Of a DNA stretch of 64,000 nt, positions 1 to 10,007 are shown piece by piece (the first letter of the stretch is position 1; each line of letters starts with the position of its first letter). The translations under genes were made by a program, and so were the position numbers. The notes beneath the pieces were generated by a model. It was given only the letters and a program-made list of their open reading frames with translations. It was not told the origin of the DNA and did not search any database. Origin of the DNA: an uncultured Nitrospiraceae bacterium (GTDB taxonomy: Bacteria > Nitrospirota > Thermodesulfovibrionia > Thermodesulfovibrionales > UBA6898); NCBI GenBank assembly GCA_963811165.1, contig CAWEQH010000004.1, positions 96,001 through 160,000 of the forward strand. The letters run 5' to 3'.

Positions 1-64
1 AAGCGCAGGGTATGATTTTATCGGACTTCTCGAAGAGATACTTGGGGGAGTTGGTGCTCAATAG
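1..64 (+). CDS. ddl: D-alanine--D-alanine ligase, 3' end (partial)
   Basis: Frame 2 reads SAGYDFIGLLEEILGGVGAQ*, resembling the Ddl C-terminus; ddl normally precedes ftsQ. Confidence 0.6.
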   Translation, partial: SAGYDFIGLLEEILGGVGAQ

Positions 65-830
65 GAAGAAAGTCAAAAGAAACACCGTTGCCAAAAGACA
101 GCGGTTCTCAGGACCGGTGGAAAAGGTGAAAACCGTCCTTCTCGTCGCGCTGCCTGTTTTGTGCATCGCGGCTGCCGGATATTTTGCCGTCGTTTCCGTA
201 AGGCACTCCTTTATCATCAATAAGGTCGTTTTTACGGGAAACGTGCACCTGCCCGATGAAGATCTTAAGAACCTGGCCGGCCTCAAGGGCGGCGAGAACC
301 TCCTTACCCTGTCGGGTGGAACTATTTACCGGAAGATCTCGGCATCCCCGTGGATACGGTATGCGGCGGTCAGGAAGGAATATCCCGATACGCTTCATAT
401 ACGGGTGAGGGAAACGGAGCCCCTGGCGCTTCTTGATATGAAGGGACGCCTCTTTATCGTAGACGAAAAGGGCAAGATGCTGGAGGAGCTCAAGGAAAGT
501 TCGATGCCCTTTCTCCCGATAATATCCGGTGACCCTTATGGAGAGAAAGAAGTTTTTTCCGAGGCGATACAGCTTGTCAGGACGATAAAGGAGACAGGGC
601 TGCTGTCGCGGAAAAACCATATAGAAGTCATTGCGCACAAACTAGAGGAGATCGCCTTAAACGTCGACGGCACCGTCGTAAAAATCGGCGCCGGCGAGTA
701 CGGCGATAAACTTACGAGGCTTGTGGAACTCGAAGAGGAGATAAAGGGCCGCCACATACCGGTGGATTACATCGACCTGAGATTTGCCAACAGGGTAGTC
801 GTCAAGCCGGTAAACGAGGTAATACGATGA
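54..830 (+). CDS. ftsQ: cell division protein FtsQ/DivIB
   Basis: One TM helix, POTRA-like region (PWIRYAAVRKEYPDTL), C-terminal YIDLRF; start placed at GTG 54 after GGGGGAG (ORF track starts at 12). Confidence 0.9.
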   Translation: MLNRKKVKRNTVAKRQRFSGPVEKVKTVLLVALPVLCIAAAGYFAVVSVRHSFIINKVVFTGNVHLPDEDLKNLAGLKGGENLLTLSGGTIYRKISASPWIRYAAVRKEYPDTLHIRVRETEPLALLDMKGRLFIVDEKGKMLEELKESSMPFLPIISGDPYGEKEVFSEAIQLVRTIKETGLLSRKNHIEVIAHKLEEIALNVDGTVVKIGAGEYGDKLTRLVELEEEIKGRHIPVDYIDLRFANRVVVKPVNEVIR

Positions 831-2107
831 CCCGGCAGCATATCACAGTGGGACTCGATGTCGGAACGACGAAGGTCTGCGCCGTCGTTGCAGATGTGGG
901 CCGGAAGGAAGCGGAGATACTCGGTATAGGTGTTTCGCCTTCTCAGGGCCTAAAGAAGGGGATTGTAATAAACATCGATGCGACGGTAGATTCGATAAAG
1001 AAGGCCGTAAAAGGGGCGGAGGCGTCTTCCGGGACGAGGATCAAGTCCGTATCGGTCGGCATCTCGGGGACGCATATCAAGGGGTTCGGCAGTTCAGGCG
1101 CAGTAGGGTTGAGGGGCAAAGAAGTCTCTTTTGTCGATGTCTCACGCTCGATAGATTCGGCCAAGGCGGTCTACATCCCCCTTGACAGGGAGGTGCTGCA
1201 CGTGCTGCCGACGGGATTTGTTTTGGACGGCCAGGACGGCATTACCGATCCGATAGGTATGTCCGGCGTCCGGCTGGAGGCAAGGGTCCATATTATTACC
1301 GGGGCGGCTTCACCCATGCAAAACCTTCTTAAGTGCTGCGAAAAAGCAGGACTCGAAGTCTCCGATGTTGTGTTTGAGCCGCTTGCCTCTTCGCATGTCG
1401 TTCTTTCGAAGGAAGAAAAGGAAGCCGGTTCGGTCCTTGTCGACCTGGGCGGCGGCACGACCGACGTGGCCCTTTTTAAAGACAACACGATGAGATATGC
1501 CTCGGTCATCGGGGTGGGAGGAAATCATTTTACAAACGATATCGCGGTAGGTCTGAGGATTACGATGAGCGAGGCGGAGAAGGTCAAGAAGGCCTCGGGG
1601 GCAGCGTATGAGCACTTCGTCGGTGATGCAGAAGAGATACAGATAACCCAGGCAGGAGGACAGGTGAGGACCCTGCCCAGGAAATACGTCGCCGAGATAC
1701 TTCAGCCCAGGTGCGAGGAGGTACTTGAACTCATCAAAGAGGAGATCAGGAAGTGTTCGGGACATGGTGCCGCCCTCTGCGGCGTGGTAATAACCGGAGG
1801 GGCTTCGCAGCTGAGCGGTTTTGAAAAGATGGCCGAGTCGGTCCTTGGCCTTCCGGTAAGGGCAGGATTACCGGAGCATCTGAAGGGACCCAAGAGCGAA
1901 ATAAATAGCCCTGTGTATTCTACAGGCGTGGGTCTTGCCACGTTTGGCTACGCGCCCGAGGTAAAGGACGTTTCGCCTGCCGGTCTTTTAAGCGGAGTGT
2001 TTGCCACGGTGGGCGACTGGGTAAAAGGTAAATTCGGATATGCGGATTATTTTAATTTCAATAACAGAAAGGAAGGGGGAGTGCTATGTTTGAAATCGAG
2101 GAAGTAA
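827..2107 (+). CDS. ftsA: cell division protein FtsA
   Basis: GLDVGTTKV, DLGGGTTD, VITGGASQL actin-fold motifs; synteny. Confidence 0.97.
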   Translation: MTRQHITVGLDVGTTKVCAVVADVGRKEAEILGIGVSPSQGLKKGIVINIDATVDSIKKAVKGAEASSGTRIKSVSVGISGTHIKGFGSSGAVGLRGKEVSFVDVSRSIDSAKAVYIPLDREVLHVLPTGFVLDGQDGITDPIGMSGVRLEARVHIITGAASPMQNLLKCCEKAGLEVSDVVFEPLASSHVVLSKEEKEAGSVLVDLGGGTTDVALFKDNTMRYASVIGVGGNHFTNDIAVGLRITMSEAEKVKKASGAAYEHFVGDAEEIQITQAGGQVRTLPRKYVAEILQPRCEEVLELIKEEIRKCSGHGAALCGVVITGGASQLSGFEKMAESVLGLPVRAGLPEHLKGPKSEINSPVYSTGVGLATFGYAPEVKDVSPAGLLSGVFATVGDWVKGKFGYADYFNFNNRKEGGVLCLKSRK

Positions 2108-3240
2108 GAGGGCAGAAGGCCAAGATCAAGGTCATTGGCGCCGGAGGGGCCGGAGGCAACGCGATCAATAATATGATCGCTTCAAACCTCCAGGGCGTCG
2201 AGTTCGTAGGCATCAACACCGATTTGCAGGTGCTTGAGACGTCACTTGCGCCGGTAAAGGTGCAGATAGGAATGGAATTGACCAGGGGCCTGGGTGCGGG
2301 GTCGAATCCCGAGATAGGGAGACAGGCTGCGCTTGAAGACAGGGCGGCGATCATGGAGTGTATGGATGGCTGCGACATGGTCTTTATTACCGCCGGCATG
2401 GGTGGAGGGACCGGAACCGGAGCGGCACCCGTTATCGCAGAGGTTGCCAAGGAGATGGGCGTTCTTACGGTCGCGGTTGTCACCAAACCTTTTTTCTATG
2501 AAGGCAAAAAAAGGCTGATAAATGCGGAAGAAGGGATGAAGGAGCTGACCAAGCACGTAGATACCCTGATCGTTATCCCCAATGACAGGATAAGTCTCGT
2601 CGTCGAGAAGGGCACACCGATGCTGAAATCCTTTTCGATCGCAAACGACGTGTTGAGGCAGGCGGTGCAGGGCATATCGGATATAATTTTGGTCCCCGGA
2701 CTCATTAACGTCGATTTCGCCGACGTCAGGACCATAATGCAGAAAGTCGGCCGTGCAGTAATGGGCATGGGCATAGGAAGGGGCGAGGGAGGCGCTTTCG
2801 AAGCGGCCAAGAAAGCCATCTCAAACCCGCTCCTTGAAGACTCATCCATCGAAGGCTCCAGGGGCATTCTCATCAATATCACAGGCGGGCTTGAGCTCTC
2901 GCTAAGCGAGGTGCAGGACGCCACGTCTCTTATTTATGATTCGGCCCATGAGGACGTCAATGTGATCTTCGGCGCGGTTATAGACCCCGACATCAAAGAC
3001 GAAGTCAGGGTGACGGTAATCGCCACGGGTTTTGAAGAAAAGAGGGAAAAGATAGAACTCCCGCAGATCAAGAAGTGGACGCCGTTGAAAGAACCTGTTA
3101 CCTTTAAAGGTTCGGAGCGGGTGCTTGCCAAAAGTCTCACGACCTTTGATGCAGCCGCGGCAAAAGAGGATATCTTTAACTATGAAGACGCTATCGACCT
3201 GCCCGCTTTTTTGAGGAGGTCCCAGCATAAAGAGATCTGA
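2086..3240 (+). CDS. ftsZ: cell division protein FtsZ
   Basis: GGGTGTG tubulin signature, INVDFAD, C-terminal DLPAFLRR. Confidence 0.99.
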   Translation: MFEIEEVRGQKAKIKVIGAGGAGGNAINNMIASNLQGVEFVGINTDLQVLETSLAPVKVQIGMELTRGLGAGSNPEIGRQAALEDRAAIMECMDGCDMVFITAGMGGGTGTGAAPVIAEVAKEMGVLTVAVVTKPFFYEGKKRLINAEEGMKELTKHVDTLIVIPNDRISLVVEKGTPMLKSFSIANDVLRQAVQGISDIILVPGLINVDFADVRTIMQKVGRAVMGMGIGRGEGGAFEAAKKAISNPLLEDSSIEGSRGILINITGGLELSLSEVQDATSLIYDSAHEDVNVIFGAVIDPDIKDEVRVTVIATGFEEKREKIELPQIKKWTPLKEPVTFKGSERVLAKSLTTFDAAAAKEDIFNYEDAIDLPAFLRRSQHKEI

Positions 3241-3252
3241 TTTTCCCCCCCA

Positions 3253-3287
3253 GAGGGGCTTCCTATCCCCCCCGATGGAAGCCCCTC
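3253..3287 (+). terminator. hairpin after ftsZ, possible terminator
   Basis: GAGGGGCTTCC...GGAAGCCCCTC inverted repeat; T-run is about 30 nt further downstream. Confidence 0.4.
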
Positions 3288-3403
3288 CCCCCCTCATATA
3301 TGTCGTCTCGGGGTTGTCTTTTTTTGTCCTTGAACAACTCCGTCAGATCATCTATAATTTGATCAGATGCTGAAAATTCTCAAGGTCTGGCGGGGGATAT
3401 CTG

Positions 3404-3985
3404 ATGAGTGCTGCTGAAGAGAACGAGAGAGGACCGTCGTTTGGCGAACCAGCTCCTGATTTCGAGACTATAATAGCGGGGCAGACCATAAGACTGAGGG
3501 ACTTCAGGGGGAAGTGGGTCGTTATTTTTACCCATCCGGGGGACCTGTTGTCGGTTTTTAAGACGAGGACAATAAAGTACCTCCTCTGCAAAAGACGTAC
3601 GAAGGTGATCGCACTCGGTGACGGACAGACGGAGGGTATCGATACGGGAAGGAACCTCTTAAAAAAATATATACTCAAACATAATGTGATGATAGTCGAT
3701 GATTCCGGGGGAGGGATCGCCGGAAGCTACGGGTTGCCTGGTCCGGGCAATGAACCTCAGGGGGAAAAAGGGGTCTTCATTGTCGACCCGGGGGGCATTC
3801 TAAGGGTAAAACTTTATCTCCCGCTGGCCTCAGACAGGAGCTTTTACGAGGTCCTTAAATTGATCGATGTGCTCCAGGCTGCCGATAAGCAGAAGGCTCT
3901 TCGGACCGGCAAGAAAACCCTGCGGCGGCGACTCGACATGGTGATAAGGTCGGGGACCGCTTCCGGGGAAGGACAGACGGGATAA
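3404..3985 (+). CDS. peroxiredoxin (AhpC/TSA)-like protein lacking the peroxidatic Cys
   Basis: GEPAPDF, LRDFRGKWVVIFTHPGD, GVFIVDPGGILR; PxxxTxxC motif replaced by PGDLLSVF. Confidence 0.75.
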   Translation: MSAAEENERGPSFGEPAPDFETIIAGQTIRLRDFRGKWVVIFTHPGDLLSVFKTRTIKYLLCKRRTKVIALGDGQTEGIDTGRNLLKKYILKHNVMIVDDSGGGIAGSYGLPGPGNEPQGEKGVFIVDPGGILRVKLYLPLASDRSFYEVLKLIDVLQAADKQKALRTGKKTLRRRLDMVIRSGTASGEGQTG

Positions 3986-4077
3986 AAGGGGCGAAGCTAA
4001 GGTTGCCGGGGGACCTTCGGGAAGATGCCTGAAAATGCGGGCAGTCTGCCGGACATTGCCACAAATACGCGGTTTTT

Positions 4078-4347
4078 TTAGTAATGCTTAATTAAGGACA
4101 GTCCGCACCTGTAGTTATTGGGGGCTATCTCCTGACACCACTTCACAGTAACGTAACGCGCCCCCAGCCACGAACCTTTGCATTCCACCCTTAATATGCT
4201 TCCTGTCTTTATCGGATCATTAGTCATTATGCTCATGCCGGATTTGCTCTCCTCTATCAGGACCCCCAAGTTTTCGGTTATTTCAGAAGCATATGACCAG
4301 CAAACATCCCCGATAAGCTGCTGCCTGAATTCTTTTCTTTGGTCCAT
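4078..4347 (-). CDS. PilZ-like domain protein
   Basis: RKEFR (RxxxR) and ExSxxG motifs; VKWC...GL tail. Confidence 0.6.
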   Translation of the reverse strand: MDQRKEFRQQLIGDVCWSYASEITENLGVLIEESKSGMSIMTNDPIKTGSILRVECKGSWLGARYVTVKWCQEIAPNNYRCGLSLIKHY

Positions 4348-4517
4348 TGCGCAAATTATATCCGGTTCTCTTCATTAAATTCAATTGAAAAGTTACCTTC
4401 TGATGAACGCATTTCCGGTAGCGGTCAATCAAGTTTACCCGCCGCCAAGGTTCCTATCGCCGTAAAGCTGAAGAGCCATCGGTATATGGTATAATCACTT
4501 GAAAGCCGGGTGGCTTC

Positions 4518-5291
4518 ATGGCTGATAAACCGTTAATTCCAGAAATTCAGGACGCTGTCCGCAGGAAGTACGTTGAGGTCTCGACCTCGGCCGGGGGTAA
4601 ATTCAATTATCCCACGGGCAGGGAGGGCGCACTGCTGCAGGGATACGATGTTAACGTCGTCGAAAGCTTGAAAGATGAGATGGTGGAATCGTTTTGCGGT
4701 GTCGGAAACCCCTTCAAGCTCGGGCCTGTGAAGCCGGGGGATACGCTTTTAGATGTGGGGTGCGGGGCTGGTTTTGATCTGATCATTGCGAGCTTTCTCG
4801 TTGGACAGCGGGGGAAGGTATGCGGCATAGACATAACCCCGGAGATGGCGGAGAAAGCAAAGAAAAATCTGTTCGATATCGCACTTTCCGATTTCGACGT
4901 CAGGGTCTCAGGCGCGGAGTCAATCCCCTATGCCGACAATACATTCGATGTCGTCATCTCTAACGGCGTGTTAAACCTTTCTCCCTCAAAAGAAAAGGCA
5001 TTCAGGGAAATAGTGCGGGTACTTAAGCCCCACGGTCGTCTTCAGTTTGCAGATATAGTCCGGAGAGAAGCTTGCTCCCCTGCCGGAGGCGATACCCTTG
5101 AGTCATGGTCGAGTTGAATAGGGGGCGCGATCTCCGTGAGGGATCTGACCGACTTGCTGAAAAATGCAGGCTTTATTGAGGTCGAATATCTGGGAGAAAC
5201 AGGCGTCTCTACCTCAGCCTGCACCGTCGGCGCCTTGTTCAGGGCGTTATCCCCTCCCCCAGGAACTGATAGGGAAGGGGATAACGAATGA
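4518..5291 (+). CDS. arsenite methyltransferase (ArsM)-like SAM methyltransferase, probable selenoprotein (UGA at 5115-5117)
   Basis: FCGVGNP, LDVGCGAG, ISNGVLNL; frame continues past TGA as WSS-U-IGGA...LKNAGF to stop at 5289-5291. Confidence 0.85.
5129..5145 (+). promoter_or_regulatory. candidate bacterial SECIS hairpin
   Basis: GATCTC-CGTGA-GGGATC stem-loop, loop starts about 17 nt after the UGA, G in loop position 2. Confidence 0.65.
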
Positions 5292-5296
5292 CTGCC

Positions 5297-6010
5297 TTAC
5301 GAGGCACATTTACTAGCCAGTTTTCTTAGCGTTGCCAGGAAATCGTGAGACCCATCGTTCCTGACATCATTTTTCACTATGATGTCTGTCGGCCTTACGT
5401 CCTTTCCGTAATAAGCGCTGTTAAGACTGTCTCTTACATCAACAACCGAGCCCTCAAGGTTCAAGCCGGCATAAAGGCCCTTTGCTTTCGCAAAAGAGAC
5501 AAAGTCCGTCGTGATGTTGGCCTTTGCGCCCTCGCCTATTGGCCCCAGGGCAATGGAGGTATCACCGCCGAGTTTGAAAGACGACGCCAGCAGGGAATCT
5601 ACTGCCTTCTGGCTCATCACCATCATGATCACCTCGGCCGCCTCACCGCCTATCTGCAGGCCAAACGTCACCGAGCCCAGTGTATAGAATGCGGGCTCGC
5701 TCCATTTGCAGGTCTTTTCATCTCTTAATACAAGCACCCCCGTTCCTCCCGAACCGCCAAGGATGAATCCGCCCTTAATGACTTGCGGAAAAATCAGCAA
5801 ACCCTTTGCGTTTTTTAGGTTCTCATGGAGCCATGTGTAGTGAGAGTCGCTCATGAAGTCGTCAAATGTCACCCGGGCCTTATCAACGATGCCCTGGGCG
5901 GCTTCTTTAGAGTCTGCTGCAGTCGATGGCGCGGCTGTCATCAGAAGCATGCCCGCCGTCACCAGGAAGATCAACAAAATCGATATAAACAATCGTCTTT
6001 CGCCTTTCAT
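5297..6010 (-). CDS. exported lipid-binding SYLF/Ysc84 domain protein
   Basis: Signal peptide; KGGFILGGSGGTGV, GLQIGG, KGLYAGLNLEG. Confidence 0.9.
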   Translation of the reverse strand: MKGERRLFISILLIFLVTAGMLLMTAAPSTAADSKEAAQGIVDKARVTFDDFMSDSHYTWLHENLKNAKGLLIFPQVIKGGFILGGSGGTGVLVLRDEKTCKWSEPAFYTLGSVTFGLQIGGEAAEVIMMVMSQKAVDSLLASSFKLGGDTSIALGPIGEGAKANITTDFVSFAKAKGLYAGLNLEGSVVDVRDSLNSAYYGKDVRPTDIIVKNDVRNDGSHDFLATLRKLASKCAS

Positions 6011-6360
6011 CTTCGTTTCCTCCTTTCTTCAATCCGTGTTTCCAGGTCAATGAATTTCTCCGGAAGGCTGGGAGTAAAACTCATACCCCCGCTCCGGTTT
6101 CCTATGATTGACCTCGACATATCCATTTTTGAATTCACCTATTCTCCTGTCTGAATATATAATATGTCTCTTAAATTGGCACATCCGGGTTTCTCGTTTG
6201 GGGCCGATCTATGACCAAATACCCGGGGGAAAAGTGGAAATGGGCCTTTTTTAAAAAAATCCTTCCATTTTTATCGTTTGGCTTGATTTGCCCCGTTAAA
6301 TGAGATGCACTTTTGCCTTGCTCGCCATAAAACCCGGCCAACCGGAGATATAATGAGAAG

Positions 6361-6732
6361 ATGAAGGCGTTATTTGGCATCTTCGCAATTGTTTTCTTGT
6401 TTTCTTTGGTTGAAAGTTGTGCCGTTGCCCCCTCGGATGACGATATAAAGGGGGCGATCACCGATTACTTTGAGCGGCAGCATTATCGCGTCGTTGATCT
6501 AAGGATAGGGAAAATCGGGGATATTCCTCTTTCTCAAAAGACCTATATGGGCACTCCCGGATATGTCGTTGAAGTCCCGACCATTACCTTTGAAGCCCTT
6601 GAAGAAAAAGGTTTTGATATCAGCAAAGGCACCCGGCTGACTTTTTCGAACGCAAGGATAATGGTAAGACAGGATACAGGGGATAAAGACCTTTGGCGCG
6701 TATCGATCATTTCAGGTATTGTTGTGCCTTAA
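6361..6732 (+). CDS. putative lipoprotein
   Basis: Hydrophobic N-terminus followed by Cys (LVESC). Confidence 0.65.
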   Translation: MKALFGIFAIVFLFSLVESCAVAPSDDDIKGAITDYFERQHYRVVDLRIGKIGDIPLSQKTYMGTPGYVVEVPTITFEALEEKGFDISKGTRLTFSNARIMVRQDTGDKDLWRVSIISGIVVP

Positions 6733-6853
6733 TGAGGTTCTCATGAATTGTCTTTTGCAAAACGGGACGTGTCCTTTTCCCGGGTAACAAGCATATGATG
6801 GATGATAAGATTATAGGATATAAAGCGGCAGAGAAAATAAACGGAGGTCCGAT

Positions 6854-7423
6854 ATGGAAAAAAAGGTAGTGTATTTCGAAAAACCGGGGAAAGAGAATAC
6901 CGGCGCATGCCTTGATCTGGCAATAGAAGCGCTCAATGAAGGCGGATACCGACATGTTGTCGTGGCATCGACCACCGGCTCAAGCGGGCTCCTTTTCTCA
7001 GGGGCCCTTAAAAACAGAGGCGTCAATACGGTTGTCGTGACCCACTCGGCGGGATTCAAGGGGCCAAACACGTGTGAGATGCCGGGCGAGACCATCGAAA
7101 AGATCAGGGCAAACGGGGCAAAGATATATACGGGCACGATACTCACCCATTCCATAGAGACTTCGTTGAGCGCAAAATTCAGCGGCATATATCCGGCGAT
7201 GATAATCGCGCAGGCATTAAGAAGGTTCGGGGAAGGGGCGAAGGTCTGCTGTGAGATAGTAATGATGGCTGTCGACGCCGGTCTTGTCCCTGAAGTCGAA
7301 GAGGTGCTCGCGGTCGCAGGTACGGGTTACGGCTCAGATACGGTCATGGTGATAAAATCAGCCGCTTCAAAAAGGTTCCTCGATCTAAAGGTCCTGGAGA
7401 TACTCGCAAAACCGAGGGGGTAA
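6854..7423 (+). CDS. pyruvate kinase alpha/beta (C-terminal-like) domain protein
   Basis: YFEKPGKENT, VVVASTTG, KVCCEIVMMAVDAG, GTGYGSDT. Confidence 0.85.
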   Translation: MEKKVVYFEKPGKENTGACLDLAIEALNEGGYRHVVVASTTGSSGLLFSGALKNRGVNTVVVTHSAGFKGPNTCEMPGETIEKIRANGAKIYTGTILTHSIETSLSAKFSGIYPAMIIAQALRRFGEGAKVCCEIVMMAVDAGLVPEVEEVLAVAGTGYGSDTVMVIKSAASKRFLDLKVLEILAKPRG

Positions 7424-7448
7424 CATTTTCGGCAAACGGCGTATCACC

Positions 7449-7958
7449 CTATTGTTCCTCTTCTTCAATAATGACGAGAGGCAGCCCGCAATCCGGGCAT
7501 TCCCTGGCACCTGAGCCCACGGATGAACCACAGGCAGGACACTTTCCCTGCTTCAGTAATTCATTGGAAGCTCGGAGCTCCGGGTTGATTTCCATGAAGT
7601 ATTCCTCGATCCTCGCCCGTGCCCTCTCAAGATCGGCAGAGGAGACGACTAAGCGGCATTTATCCCCGCAGCATCCTTTTTTACAGTCGTCATCGGAATG
7701 GATGGTGCAGGGTATACCGGAATCTATGAGGACTTCGCGCAGTTCACCCAGCCAATTAAGGTCGCCCTCCCTGACCGAAACCGTGTCTTCGACAGACTTT
7801 TCCTTAAGCCGCTTCCTTTCCTCTTCCGCCATTTTGTATTGCTCCGGAAAAAGGAGGACCGCCCCGCAATCTACGCATTTCTCGATATGCGGGAGATACT
7901 CTGTTTTACACTGAGGGCATGTCTTATTCCGGTTCATAGTTTCCTGATGGTCAGACAA
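7449..7958 (-). CDS. zinc-ribbon / DUF2007-like protein
   Basis: Four CxxC pairs flanking an L..SGIPC segment. Confidence 0.7.
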   Translation of the reverse strand: MSDHQETMNRNKTCPQCKTEYLPHIEKCVDCGAVLLFPEQYKMAEEERKRLKEKSVEDTVSVREGDLNWLGELREVLIDSGIPCTIHSDDDCKKGCCGDKCRLVVSSADLERARARIEEYFMEINPELRASNELLKQGKCPACGSSVGSGARECPDCGLPLVIIEEEEQ

Positions 7959-8023
7959 TTATCGCATTTTCGGATCAGTTAATGCATCCTCTTTTTCTCT
8001 CATTCGTGGTTCCTCAGTATGAG

Positions 8024-8572
8024 TTAGGGGTCCTTTATCTTCGCTTCGTCGTTTTGAAGTTTCTTCCACCTTCTGAAAACAAAGACCCTTTCGATGAAGT
8101 TCTCCCGCAAGGCCGGATCCTGAAGACGTCCGTCGTCCTCCACGGGGATGAGAGGAAAGCGTTCCATGAATGCCCCGGCAAAGATTCCGACACCTCTAGG
8201 TACCGGGATACCCGAGGGGGTATATACGTTCACGCCTCTCATCCCTGAACTAGGCGACCTGCTCTTAAAGACAAAGCCGCATAGATCTTCTCTCTCCAGC
8301 TCAGCGAGTCTTTGCGCGGCCCATCTTTGCATGCCGTCGGTATGGTCGATTCCCGTATGGGTTGTGACAAGCCGCGCGGCCCCGGGGTTTCCGATTAAAC
8401 GCATAGCCTCTCTGGGAACAGGCAGACCGTATTCGACCTCAGGGCAGACAGGCAGCCAGTCCACGTACCGTCCGAGCGTCTCCTTGAGGTAGTGATCGAG
8501 CTTGTGTCCGCCGTCGTACCGGACTTTCTCACCGAGGAGGCATGAGCTTATCCCGAGTCTTATTTTTTCCAT
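8024..8572 (-). CDS. DUF523 (TudS/YbbK-like) protein; DUF1722 part deleted
   Basis: SSCLLGEKVRYDGGH, VCPEVE, KSRSPSSG; a DUF1722-like tail LILRNH lies in frame after the stop. Confidence 0.8.
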   Translation of the reverse strand: MEKIRLGISSCLLGEKVRYDGGHKLDHYLKETLGRYVDWLPVCPEVEYGLPVPREAMRLIGNPGAARLVTTHTGIDHTDGMQRWAAQRLAELEREDLCGFVFKSRSPSSGMRGVNVYTPSGIPVPRGVGIFAGAFMERFPLIPVEDDGRLQDPALRENFIERVFVFRRWKKLQNDEAKIKDP

Positions 8573-8652
8573 CCCTTTTTATTTTCCGAAGCCTTCTGTT
8601 ATGGGTTCATTTCGTGTTCTGCCGGGCAGGGCAAGCTCTGCCCCTATGGGAT

Positions 8653-8832
8653 TTATTCTATTGTGATCGCCCGGAACGGACAACAAAAGACAACATCCTT
8701 GTGCTCCTCGGATACGAACTTCTCGTAGTTTATCACCCACGCCCTGTCGTCTCTCATTACGAAGAACAACGGATAGAGTTCGGCACATGCCCCGCAGCCC
8801 TCGCATTGACTGTAATCGATATATGGTATCAA
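8653..8832 (-). CDS. small ferredoxin
   Basis: CEGCGAC...CP; start placed at TTG 8832 after AGAAGG. Confidence 0.8.
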   Translation of the reverse strand: MIPYIDYSQCEGCGACAELYPLFFVMRDDRAWVINYEKFVSEEHKDVVFCCPFRAITIE

Positions 8833-9000
8833 TCGTTGCCGCCTTCTTTTGGTAATCAAAGATTCTATAACTTTATTATACCGCGGCGGCAGAGGTGGAA
8901 TGGGAAGTACGCGCAATTGATTCCATATCTTTTGCACAATGTATCATGTCTCTATGTATGGCTGAACAGCGTCCCCTTCGAAAAGTCAGATCTTTTTGCA

Positions 9001-9149
9001 GGGCTTTGCCCCGCACCCCAGGTACCTTTCTGCTCTCCAAAGTGTTGCACTTCGAGATTGAATCCAGTGGCACTTTTCATTCGCATTAATGAAAAGCGCC
9101 CGGGGTATAAGGGGCAGAGCCCTTTCTCTGGTACAGGGCAACCCCCCGC
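9001..9149. repeat. internally deleted two-armed structured repeat (arm B 5' end on +, arm A 5' end on -)
   Basis: Matches both outer ends of the 26091-26600 element. Confidence 0.8.
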
Positions 9150-9166
9150 TGCCCTATGGATTATCG

Positions 9167-9577
9167 CTAGGGGTTTAGCTGCCTCAGGTAGGCTCCGAAG
9201 AGCTTGTCCGTATTCATGATATGGGTCACGATCCAGTCCACGACGATCTGGGTTGCGGTCACCGAGAGTTCGTAGGACATGCCGCTTTCTCTTGGCAGCG
9301 ATGCCAGCTTTTTTAGTTCCTCGATGTTCTTCAAGTAGAAGGCATGCTGGAGCTTCTGTTCCCGAAGGCCGTCGTATCCGGCCTCCTCCATCCGCTGTTC
9401 CTCCTCCTTGAAATGGAAACGGGCATAGTCATCGAGGAACTCGATGGTCTTGTCGATCTCGGCCCTGCAGCGCTGTTCCCTGATCGCAAGAAGCAGATCG
9501 TTGATCCGCTTGAAGAGTTCCCTGTGCTGCTCGTCAATCTTGATTATGCCCACGGCCAAGTCTTCAGTCCACTGCAT
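9167..9577 (-). CDS. bacteriohemerythrin
   Basis: W..L.VG..IDEQH, HFKEEE, WIVTHIMNTD. Confidence 0.92.
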   Translation of the reverse strand: MQWTEDLAVGIIKIDEQHRELFKRINDLLLAIREQRCRAEIDKTIEFLDDYARFHFKEEEQRMEEAGYDGLREQKLQHAFYLKNIEELKKLASLPRESGMSYELSVTATQIVVDWIVTHIMNTDKLFGAYLRQLNP

Positions 9578-9678
9578 GAATCGCCCGCTCCTTTATTATC
9601 AATTCCGCTCACTCTGTATTTTTATTATAAACAATCCCGTGCCGTTGTTTTCCGTGTTTGGAGAAATTACTTTTTTAG

Positions 9679-9996
9679 ACGGGGCGTTGCCCCGTACCCC
9701 AGCTACCTTTCTTAGCGGATAAGAAAGCTAACGTGAAGAAGTCGCCCGACGAAAATTCTTTACGAGTCTTAGTGGCTGTCATTCCGGCTTGTCCGATAAC
9801 CCCTCCCTGCCTCCCCTTATCAGGGGAGGATCCGCCCCTTCCCCCTTGATAAGGGGGGTAGAGGGGGGTTGGATTCCCGACGCGCTTCGCTTGCGGGGAT
9901 GACAGGTTTAATGTATTTAGTTGCCGTAGCATTAATGAAAAGCGCCCGGGGTATAAGGGGCAGAGCCCCTTTTTCGGGTGCGGGGTGAACTCCGCA
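9679..9996. repeat. two-armed repeat with REP-like palindromes as cargo
   Basis: Arm B 5' end, CCCCTTATCAGGGG/CCCCCTTGATAAGGGGG and GGATTCCCG...CGGGGATGAC palindromes, arm A 5' end. Confidence 0.85.
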
Positions 9997-10007
9997 TACT
10001 TTATGGA

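Noticed and set aside
2040..2107. FtsA tail overlapping the ftsZ start
   Set aside because: A short overlap after the amphipathic helix is most simply stop-codon drift
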